From the NCBI GenBank assembly GCA_951406725.2, contig OX597816.1:134912001-134976000 (forward strand): 64,000 nt of DNA. Reading direction: 5' to 3'. Origin of the DNA: Octopus vulgaris. Its lineage: Eukaryota. Under the pieces are notes generated by a model, which was given only the letters and a program-made list of their open reading frames with translations, did not search any database and was not told the origin of the DNA. The position numbers were made by a program, and so were the translations under genes. Positions 54,651 to 64,000 of the stretch are shown one piece after another; the first letter of the stretch is position 1; each line of letters opens with the position of its first letter.

Positions 54651-55021
54651 GTAGCCAGCCAGTAGGTGTCGCTTCCGACAATCTCTGTTCGATGGTTTTA
54701 TTTACCGGTCAAGTAGTGTGGAGCGACTGACCTCCCTTGTTCGAAGGTTATATGGATACAGTTTGTGTATCAAATAGCTAACTTAAGGCGATGGCCTCAT
54801 GGAGCTAATAAGCGGACAGCTTTTTCTTATTTTTATAAGAATGCCATATTAGTATGGCGATAACTATTATTTTCCGGGAACGCTGCCGCTGTTCTCTTTT
54901 AGAGAGACTTAGTTATTTTAATATTTCTATTATTGAAAACAAGTGGATGTATTCCACCGAAACTAGGTAAATAAAACCATCGAACAGAGATTGTCGGAAG
55001 CGACACCTACTGGCTGGCTAC

Positions 55022-55063
55022 GCTGCATTGAAAAGGGGCAATACCCCGAAACGCGTCTGTAGC
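55022..55063 (+). ncRNA. Minimal type I hammerhead ribozyme motif, U3/A8 core
   Basis: GCTGCA TTGAAAA GGGG-caata-CCCC GAAA CGCG TC^TGTAGC. Predicted cleavage after C55057. Stem I extends with tggctggc/gccggtca and ctac/gtag. Confidence 0.82.
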
Positions 55064-55383
55064 TGCCGGTCAAGTAGTGTGGAGCGACTGACCTCCCTTG
55101 TTCGAAGGTTATATGGATACAGTTTGTGTATCAAATAGCTAACTTAAGGCGATGGCCTCATGGAGCTAATAAGCGGACAGCTTTTTTCTTATTTTTATAA
55201 GAATGCCATATTAGTATGGCGATAACTATTATTTTCCGGGAACGCTGCCGCTGTTCTCTTTTAGAGAGACTTAGTTATTTTAATATTTCTATTATTGAAA
55301 ACAAGTGGATGTATTCCACCGAAACTAGGTAAATAAAACCATCGAACAGAGATTGTCGGAAGCGACACCTACTGGCTGGCTAC

Positions 55384-55424
55384 GCTGCATTGAAAAGGGC
55401 AATACCCCGAAACGCGTCTGTAGC
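55384..55424 (+). ncRNA. Minimal type I hammerhead ribozyme motif, U3/A8 core (second tandem copy)
   Basis: Same motif with one G fewer in stem II. Predicted cleavage after C55418. Confidence 0.78.
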
Positions 55425-56905
55425 TGCCGGTCAAGTAGTGTGGAGCGACTGACCTCCCTTGTTCGAAGGTTATATGGATACAGTTTGTGTATCAAATAGC
55501 TAACTTAAGGCGATGGCCTCATGGAGCTAATAAGCGGACAGCTTTTTTCTTATTTTTATAAGAATGCCATATTAGTATGGCGATAACTATTATTTTCCGG
55601 GAACGCTGCCGCTGTTCTCTTTTAGAGAGACTTAGTTATTTTAATATTTCTATTATATATATATATATATATATACTGCAAATGTATATACTATTTCAGT
55701 TTAGATTTCACAAAGCCAACCAACTAGCTGGCTATGGTCTGTTGGGCCTGACAAATTTCAAACCAGAAAAAAATTTAAACAAAGGTTTATCATTAACATA
55801 ATAATGTTTGAATGAAATGTTCTGTTAAACAGAGATAAAATGAGAGCCAGTTTGAAACATTGAATGCAGAATGAAGACAATGAACAAGAAGAAACTTGTG
55901 AAAGCTGACAGAGCTTCTATGACAGTAAATTTCACACAATGGCAAAAGCTTGTTTATACTCAGAGACAAAAAAAATTGTATTTAGATTCAGAGGAGAGAT
56001 CCAGTACTTCAGAATAATACAAAAGTGAAACAACATGGTAAAAAAACCTGAGAAGAAATGAAACAAATAAAAGAAAAAGAACCGCAGAAAGTAGGGCCTA
56101 GATATTTCTTTAGAGAAATGTCAGCTCACCAAAATAAAAGAGAAGCAGAGTTTAATGTTCCTCACAGTACTTAAAACTGAGATAGTGTATCAGAACAAAT
56201 GAAGGTATTTTAAAAACGAAATGTGTCTTAAATATCAGCATACTTGTTATTAATGGTAATACAAAGAGAAAAGTTATTAACTAATGGATATGACAAATAT
56301 GTGAAATTAGAAAATATTAGGTATGAAAAGAAGGATACTTCATAGTATATGGATCCAACACATATCAACAAGAATAAAAGATATTAGAATAATGAATGGT
56401 GTCAATGATGTTGAAGATGGAAGTGGTGGTAAGTTTTGATACAGACATGAGAATCTCTGAAATTGATCAGATCATGAATTCAATATGTAGAAGGATTCAG
56501 AAACAGCACTAGCAATTTATGATAATCTCAGAATGCTTTATTTTAATATTAATAGAAGCTACAGTCTTATATGTGAGGGATATAGTTGATTATCTTTCCA
56601 TACTAATCACCAAAGAATGAAAAGCAAAATTAATTTTAGCAGAATGTGAATGTTGACTAAAGAGGGTACCATTTTTATCCTCTCTGTTTATTTTTATTCT
56701 CCAACTTAGTCTCTGAAACTTGTTTATATTTTCTCATAACTTTGTTTTCAAATTCAACCATCTAAATTTTCTCTATTGGAAAACAAAACAAAACAAAACA
56801 TTATACCTAAATTTATACAAATAACTATCATATTGAAAAGGTATGGAGGTATGATATATGTTACTAATAATGTTTTACAGGAGAAATATTAAATGTAATA
56901 CATAC

Positions 56906-57013
56906 TGGGAAAAATGAATTGTTTTATCTCCAGGATAAATCTCAGAAAATTCAAAATATTTACTCCAGTTAAATAAATCCATCAACTGCTTTGCACTTTT
57001 TATTGCACCTGTT
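56906..57013 (-). CDS. MDP1: Magnesium-dependent phosphatase 1, internal exon
   Basis: Acceptor ttctctag, donor gtatgt. TGAIKSAKQLMDLFNWSKYFEFSEIYPGDKTIHFS (EIYPG.K..HF). Phase 2/2. Confidence 0.93.
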
Positions 57014-57151
57014 CTAGAGAAATAAAAAGAAGAATTCAACAGAAAATTCAGATATTTCTAATGAAAAAATTACATTTGGAAGTGATTTTTATAAATAAAA
57101 ATAGCATATTTGACCACATGATTAATCCAGAAATATAATGAACTGAAATAC

Positions 57152-57262
57152 CTGGAAGCAACACCAAGCTTATAACCTTCATTTTGAAGGGACTGCAACA
57201 CCTCTGGAACTTCAGGGAAATGTGTCACATGGTCTCCAAGGGAATCATATACTTTATCCTTC
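57152..57262 (-). CDS. MDP1: Magnesium-dependent phosphatase 1, internal exon
   Basis: Acceptor tttattag, donor gtattt. KDKVYDSLGDHVTHFPEVPEVLQSLQNEGYKLGVASR (ASRT motif across the junction). Phase 2/2. Confidence 0.93.
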
Positions 57263-57525
57263 CTAATAAAAAAGAAATTCAAATAATTATCATATACAGG
57301 TTTGACAAAGAATGGAAAGAAAATTTATCTCACCTTTCAATACATTTATGCAAAATTTAGCTACTTGTCAGCAGTAATTCAGTTGATCCAGAATTAAAGA
57401 GAAAATCTGACAGCAATAACTGAATTACATTGCCCCGTGTTACTTAACAAAAAGTAAAAACTAATACTTTTCCTCTATCAACTGCATTTGTAACAATAGA
57501 TTTTGTTTTTACACTTAGTCTAAGG

Positions 57526-57698
57526 CAGTGTTCCATAACCGGTATACCATGACACACTGGTGTGCCAAAGACAATGCTAGGTGTGCTGCAGTGTAACCTG
57601 AATATAATTTTTTTCCCTATACTTTTAGTTTAGGTGTGCCACCAAATTTTGAAAAGAATATAAGCCTACTGCTAGTGAAAAAATGTTGCAGAACACTG
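57526..57698. mobile_element. hAT (Charlie-like) MITE
   Basis: Ends cagtgttc / gaacactg; perfect 8-bp TSD gtctaagg. Confidence 0.85.
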
Positions 57699-57759
57699 GT
57701 CTAAGGGAAGGACAGTGTTCATAATCTTCACTAGTCTGCAATACTAGTGATGCCAATAT

Positions 57760-58030
57760 TTTTTATCTTTTATCTTTTACTTATTTCAATCATTTGACTA
57801 TGGCCATGCTGGAGCACTTGCCTTGAAGGGTTCTTAGTCAAAAAATTGACCCCAGGACTTTTTTTAAAGTCTAGTACTTATTCTATTGGTCTCTTTTACC
57901 CAACTGCAAAGTTACAGGGATATAAACACACCAAACCGGTTGTCAAGCAGTGGTGTGGGACAAACACAAAGACATACACACACATATATATATATACGAT
58001 GGGCTTCTTTCAGTTTCCATCTACCAAATC
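57760..58030 (-). mobile_element. SINE family A, partial
   Basis: tcttttacttatttcaatcatttgactatggccatgctggagcac...gggcttctttcagtttccatctaccaaatc. Confidence 0.75.
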
Positions 58031-58396
58031 AACTTCAGATCTGATTGAGCAGGCCTATGGTTCGAAATATTCCAGCTATGACCATTCCTATCTTTGTAGA
58101 AGTATGTTTAACTATATCATTCAATGTATTCTTTCCTTTCTTAAGACAGAAAAGTGTAATTTGAGGGAGATTTGACTACTATTTCTATCAGTTCCATGTA
58201 GAGGCTTGCTTATTAACTTGACAAAACACAGTAGAGAATTATATTTTAGCAACAGAGATAGTATCAAAACTGAGAGATCTGAGAGAAAATGCTTATCCCA
58301 ACTTAAATATGGATGTTCTGTTAGAACAAACTATACTGTGGTAGATACCATGAGAGAAATTCATATTGGCTTTTGGTGCTAAATGTACTCTTGTTT

Positions 58397-58774
58397 CTCT
58401 TCTTTTTGCCGGTCTGCAGTTGTTTGTGAAGAGTGCCTCTCCAGCTGGTTCGGTCGGCTGTGAGATCCTCCCAGGAATTGGTGTTGATGCCAAGTGCCTT
58501 CATATCCCTCCTGCAGACTGGCAAAGAGAATTTGAGGGTGGCGGTGGCTGAAAACTGAAAACTGAGCCCGCAGAATAAAAATGACAGCCAACAGACCAGA
58601 TTCAACTTATAGATTCATAGTGACCGGATTCAACGTATAGGTGTGACCTCTGCAAATGAGACTGCCACTCTCGCATCGGTCTCTACAGCCACAGGAGGCG
58701 TTGCAAAAACTGAATAGACAACTCAATGGACAGATGACATCATCCATGGTCAGCCATGACCGACAGAGGCCCTA
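58397..58774 (+). mobile_element. RTE/BovB-type LINE 3' end with an inverted 5' segment
   Basis: 12-bp TSD gtactcttgttt (58385-58396, 58775-58786). Minus-strand CRRDMKALGINTNSWEDLTADRTSWR, then plus-strand YRCDLCK*DCHSRIGLYSHRRRC. Confidence 0.8.
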
Positions 58775-59312
58775 GTACTCTTGTTTACATCACTAACAGA
58801 GATATAGATCCCTGCCACCTCCAGTTCTGAGACCACCAGATCGTGTGATTTTGTCCTTCCTTGGTTTTATCAATGATGGACATTCAACTGCTAGAGGTAG
58901 CAGCAACTTATCTCCCAACCAGCAATATATAGAAAAAGAGTACCAGAACAGGTGCTGGTGTTGCAATTAGCCAGTGTGTTTGTTAAAAAATATATATTAG
59001 TGACAGAGAAGAAATATTTATCTTCACTTAAACATGGACATTCTACTAGAACAAAGTATACGGCAGTAGATACTATCAGAGAAACTCTCATATTGGCTCT
59101 TGGTGCAAAATGCACCCTGTTTATATCACCTCCAGCGCCAAGACCACCAGATCACATGATTTCAACTTTCTTTGGTCTTATCAATAATGGATGTTTGACT
59201 GCTAGAGGTAGCAGCAAGTCATCTGCACACCAGCGTTATATAGAAAAGCAATGTCAGGATGGGTGCTGGTGTTGCAATTAGCCAGTGAGCTTGTTAAAAC
59301 ATATATTAGTGA

Positions 59313-59570
59313 TATAAATAAATGTTCCTTCTCGAGCCATGCTAGGCTCATAAGGGCCGGTTTCCTGGTTTCAGTGGCGTAGAAATTCCCCACCTGAACG
59401 GGACACCAATCCATCGCAGGATTACTCCTTTTGCCAGCTGAGTGGACTGGAGCAATGTGAAAATGAAGTGTTTTGCTCAAGAACACAATGCATCACCCAG
59501 TCCAGGAATCGAAACCACAACCTTACGATCATGAGTTCAATACCCTAACCACTAAGCCACATACCTCCAC
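59313..59570 (-). mobile_element. SINE family C
   Basis: Reverse complement of the 7552 family; 10-bp TSD atattagtga (59303-59312, 59571-59580). Confidence 0.85.
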
Positions 59571-60024
59571 ATATTAGTGACATAGATAGTATTAATACTG
59601 AGAAGATATACTTATACCCACTTAAGCATGGATGTTCTGTTGGAACAAACTATACTGCAGTAGATACCATGAGAGAAACTCTTATATAGATTTTTAGTGC
59701 AAAATGCCCTCTTGTATTTATATAGCTAGTGGGAAAACAAATCCCTGCCACCTCCAACACTGAGACCACCAGATCATGTGATTTTGACCTTTCTTGGTCT
59801 TATTAATGATGGATGCTCAACCACTAGAGGTAGCAGTGACTCAGATAAACAAGAGTGCATTTTGCACCAAAAGTCAATATGAGAGTTTCTCTCACAATAT
59901 TTACTGCTGTATAGTTTGTTTGAATAGAACATCTACGTTTAAGTGGTGATAAATATTACCTCACAGTAGAGAAAGTTAGTGTAGGAATGAGAAGGAATAA
60001 GTTGTGATAGCTAAACAATATCAG

Positions 60025-60255
60025 GATGCTGTTGTTTAACCTAGGTTAGTCTTCATCAAACCAGCTATTAATCAAAAATATCCCAGCTTTGACCATCAGA
60101 ATTTTTTTATTCAGGGATAGTCTGTGTAGCATTACATTATCCAGTCTATCTTTTCTTCTTCTTTTTAAAGATAGTAAGATATGGTTGGGAAGGAGATTTA
60201 GCTGCTACTTCTAGCTGATTGAGCAACCACATAGAGGTTCATTGTTAGTTGGACA
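60025..60255 (+). repeat. Old interspersed repeat (several diverged copies)
   Basis: ggagatttagctgctacttctagc...accacatagagg motif also seen near 32320, 39985, 52400 and 58165, and inverted near 62660. Confidence 0.55.
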
Positions 60256-61260
60256 ATGATATAGTTGCGGAAATGTGGAAGAGTCAATACTATGGCTGCA
60301 AGAGTTTAACAACATTCCAATTATGAAAGATACATAAAAACATTATTGCGAAACAACATAAAAAATCATGAAAAGGGGTTGGTGAATAATGTAGTTAAGA
60401 AAAGTTGGAACATAAATCTTTCTTTTGTTTTTTTTGTAGAAACCAAATAATAGTGCAGTTATGGAAAACAACATTTAAGAGACTACAGGTGACACAATCA
60501 TTTTTTATTTTGTACAATTATTCCTGTTTGTACAATTTTTTCCTTAAAACATCAGTAGGTTCAAGATGATTTGTAATCAGTTTGAGGAAATTACAAAATA
60601 ATGGAATTTTTTTAAATATAAATCTAAGAAGTCAATAAAGCATGTAAACAGGGAATGTGAAGTCATTTACAGGTAAAATACATCTGTTAAGGCAAGTAAA
60701 ATAATTAAGAATAAGAGTTAATTTTCTTTTCACATTGCTTCTGAAAAGAAAAGCAATGGTAACCCATCTCATAAGATTCTTTTATCCTTTGAATCTAAAA
60801 ATGAAAAGTATGAATCTAAAATTAAACGACTAAATATTTACAAAGAGTTGTTGCTTTTAAGGTTATAATTTTACATTATTTATATTGATTCAATCACTGA
60901 CCACTTTTGAATGTCTTATATCTGGATTTTTAAATGCTCTTAATCTGGAAATCTAGTCTGGAACTACACACATAATGAGGAAGGGATAAGACAACTAATG
61001 AAGTTATAAGTATTGTAAATAAATGATCCCAAAATGAGGTTAATAATTTACTAAATTATAATCTTAATCTAAAATTGTTAGCAAACAGTGGAATCTAGTA
61101 CTTCTAGCAACTGAAAAAATGAAAAATAGCTAATAATTGAAGTGAATATACAACATAACATTGCTAAAAAGTGAACAGAATCTAAAATTGGTAACTAAAT
61201 ACACAGAAAGACAAACAATAGAATTATCCAAATTCAATATTTATACAAGCCATATCTTAC

Positions 61261-61318
61261 CTTAGTTCAAAAGGCGGAGAAACATGTGTGTCAACCCAGA
61301 AAGGCCACAAAGTATAAT
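61261..61318 (-). CDS. MDP1: Magnesium-dependent phosphatase 1, exon completing HAD motif I
   Basis: Acceptor tttttaatag, donor gtaaga. (D)YTLWPFWVDTHVSPPFEL matches the MDP1 signature DLDYTLWPFWVDTHV. Phase 1 in, phase 2 out. Confidence 0.95.
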
Positions 61319-63069
61319 CTATTAAAAATACAATTCAATACATAATGATAATGATGGTGAAAATAACATCAAGTTTTTGATTAAGTTTAGCATTTTGACA
61401 TTCAAAGTAATGGTTATTTATTCACATTGTTCTGAATTAATCATGTATTATCTTGTAGCTTTGAGATTTTGATGAGTTAATTGTTAATTTTTAGAATGAT
61501 ATTGTTGGCCAGATTTAGTTTATTTAAGCATAAAAGAAGTAGGGTTAATATTTTTTGGAAGAAACTTAAAGATTTTGAAGAATCAAGATCTTTTCCAAAT
61601 CCTTTCAATAAAAAACTGGAATAATTTCACTTGAATTGAAATCATGTTCAGTAAGAATTTACTATCCAATCAAAGCACTTTCTTCATTATGAGGTAAGTT
61701 GTTTAATAATATAGATAAACACTTTATACTAACACTGTAATACTTAACTTGAATAAGAGCATTACCAGGCTTATGACACTGAGCCATTAGAACTTTTTAT
61801 AAAAATAATCATGTCTTTTCTCTTATGGTCATTTCTCAATGTATCTATTTTTTCTCAGAAATAAGAATTAGGCTGAATATATTGGCTAGTTTAACACAGT
61901 CACCTGACCCTTGAGAATCTTTAACAGAGTTTATTTCATTGCAAACATACTACAGTTTGAAAAGATAGTCAGTTGATGTTCAGCCTTCAACTATCTTTTC
62001 TTGTGCAGTGACTCAGAAGGTGGAATCAATTTCCCAGCAGAGGCTTTTTGCCAGACAAAACTGTGGTCCAAAAACATGGATAATGTCATGAGTGGCAGGG
62101 ACACATAGCCTCATGTACTCTTCTCTCTAAATTCATGATATCCCAGTGTACACAGGATTTCGAGAGGCCAAACACAGCTACAATTTGCAGCAGGACTGCT
62201 CCTAGAAAGTGTAGTGATTAGCAGTAACTCATGAAATATTGTTTCCATTTCCCTCCTCTACCCAAACCATAAAGAAATTTATTAACATGAACAAGACAGT
62301 CAGTTGGACAATTATCTCCCCTTTACACTAATCTCTGTGAAATTTTTATCCTATTCATTCCAGAAACAAAAATCTCAGAAACAACCTGTAACACATACAT
62401 ATTAATCTACCCTCTGTCAACAGCACCAAAATGCAAATACTACACACATCTAGTAAAGAGTATTGTACTGTGTATAAGCAATAAACAACTAAGGTTCTCA
62501 AAAGAAAAGCCTCTCAATTTCTGATGATTTCTCATGGCAATCACATACCTACACAATTTTGTTGAATCTGCATCACAAAGATTAAGCTTCCTCAGAAATA
62601 GAAACTATGTCTACCCTGAAAAGTTGTTGACCTTATATGAAACTAGCCACAATATGACAGCTCCACCTGCTAGAAATAACAGCAAAATCGCCCTCGTATC
62701 ACAATTTACTGTCTTACAAGAAGGAATGATGCATTGATATTGTAATCCTCAATTAACTATGCCTAAAAAAAATGGGATGGTCATGGCTGGAATAGCTTTG
62801 AACATAGGTCTGCTCGATGTGTAGTGCTCACATATTAGCCATAGCACTTCAGTACTACACAAACTTTCTAGACTGCATTCAAAGAAGGCCATTTGACTGA
62901 TTAACAGAAACTCAGCACATTGCACGCACTAGACCACACATACTATTTCTTCTATAAGTCTCTTTTACCATTATAAGAAATGTATATTTTCATTTAAACT
63001 TGTAAGATCCATTCTACCCTCCACATTCATTTAATGTACTCAGCTATCTTGCTGTGCTTAGATCTAACC

Positions 63070-63409
63070 CAGTGATTCTCTACTGGGGTTCATATGGTCC
63101 CTGGGAATCCATGCATGCAAAATAGTAAATTGGGTACCCATAGAAGGGTTTCAAATTAAGGATCCAGGAAAAAAAAATTGCTTTAGAAGTATTTACTGCA
63201 AGAAACAGCTAGATTATTTTTTCTCTAATGTCTTACATAGTTCAAACTACACAGTTTGAACTACACAAGTTTATGTGTGATGAACAAAATAGAAATTTTG
63301 AAAGAATTATCATTAATACTAGTTTTTAAATATCGAATGACTATAGGGGGTCTACCAGAATAAAACAATCAAAAGGAGTCTACAAATAAAATATGGTTGA
63401 TAACCACTG
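63070..63409. mobile_element. hAT (Charlie-like) MITE
   Basis: Ends cagtgatt / aaccactg; perfect 8-bp TSD atctaacc. Confidence 0.8.
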
Positions 63410-63481
63410 ATCTAACCCAATAATTTCCTCTAAAGATAGAATTCATAGGCATCCCAGGACAAGCCAATTTTTCTTGTAGAT

Positions 63482-63698
63482 ATTGGTTTCAAATTTTGAT
63501 ACAAGACTAGCATGTTCGGGGAAGGGGGCTAGTTGATTACATCGACCCCAGTATTCAACTGGTATTTATTTTATCAACCCTAAAAGGATGTAATTTAACG
63601 TCGACCCTGGCGGAATTTGAACTCAGAATCTGAAGATGGACGAAATGCCGCCGAGCGTTTTGCACAGTGTGTTAACAATTCTGCCAGCATGTCGCCTT
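63482..63698 (-). mobile_element. SINE family B copy, CpG retained
   Basis: gtcgaccctggcggaatttgaactcagaa...gacgaaatgccgccgagcg...gtcgcctt. Confidence 0.75.
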
Positions 63699-64000
63699 TA
63701 ATTTTCTGTAATGGTTTCAAATCTGAAGACGAGCGAAATGTTGCTAATAAATAAATACCCTGATTTTTAGCACAGAAAGAAACGATGGTAAAAATAAACA
63801 AAATACTTCTATACAAGATGGTGATTATAATAAAACAAATGAAATTTCATAAACTAAGTTACTATTTCAACTAATAGCATGTCTACATAGAAGGATAATT
63901 AAAATACATATAGCTTCTGTTTAAATTTTTTCGTCTATTAAAATAACATTTTGCTGTCACTAAGCGTACAAAAAAACCGAAACTACACTGGTTATTTATA

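Larger units (their letters stand above)
54438..55656 (+). mobile_element. Retrozyme-like element: 269-bp inverted arm plus ~2.6 tandem copies of a 361-362-bp unit, inserted in (TA)n
   Basis: ccggtcaagtag recurs at 54705, 55066 and 55427. 54438-54706 is the reverse complement of part of the unit. Copies are nearly identical, with no meaningful ORF. Confidence 0.9.
58245..59960 (-). mobile_element. Old tandem array (~350-bp unit x3 plus inverted partial arm) with decayed hammerhead motifs, interrupted by two insertions
   Basis: Shared blocks (gagaccaccagatc, ctagaggtagcagc, gagagaaactctcatattggc) recur three times. 59845-59960 is an inverted partial unit. Motifs at 58833-58879, 59144-59190 and 59766-59812. 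Confidence 0.8.

Noticed and set aside
54705-55656. CRISPR-like array or simple satellite
   Set aside because: The units are long and identical, with no unique spacers or cas genes. The inverted arm, fixed ends, dispersed relatives and ribozyme motif fit a retrozyme better. Exact copy number could still be an assembly issue.
55577-55801. 74-aa ORF at the end of the array
   Set aside because: It runs from the repeat tail through (TA)n into flank and has no recognisable domain
61321-64000. First coding exon of MDP1
   Set aside because: No minus-strand ...FDL plus phase-1 donor was found; it probably lies outside the window

Overview
AT-rich, repeat-dense animal genomic DNA, most likely an octopus (inferred from the SINE families). 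Two convergent spliced genes were rebuilt by hand from GT/AG sites and reading phase. One is a CRAL-TRIO/SEC14-like lipid-binding gene (+ strand; exons 25292-25436, 42947-43124, 45484-46118; upstream exon not found). The other is MDP1, magnesium-dependent phosphatase 1 (- strand; five exons between 61318 and 48632; first exon probably beyond the window). The rest is three tRNA-derived SINE families, decayed mariner transposases, Tc/mar and hAT MITEs, a Helitron, LINE fragments, a Penelope-like (RT + GIY-YIG) remnant and microsatellites. The main find is a set of non-coding, retrozyme-like elements carrying minimal type I hammerhead ribozyme motifs whose core is the covariant U3/A8 form (UUGANAA instead of CUGANGA). 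They comprise a young ~361-bp tandem array with an inverted arm (54438-55656), diverged relatives with compensatory changes (18418-18660, 39527-39744) and a second, older ~350-bp tandem family (58245-59960). A broken motif of the same type lies downstream of the Penelope-like ORF, which points to that group as the helper. All structures were read by eye; no folding or database search was run.
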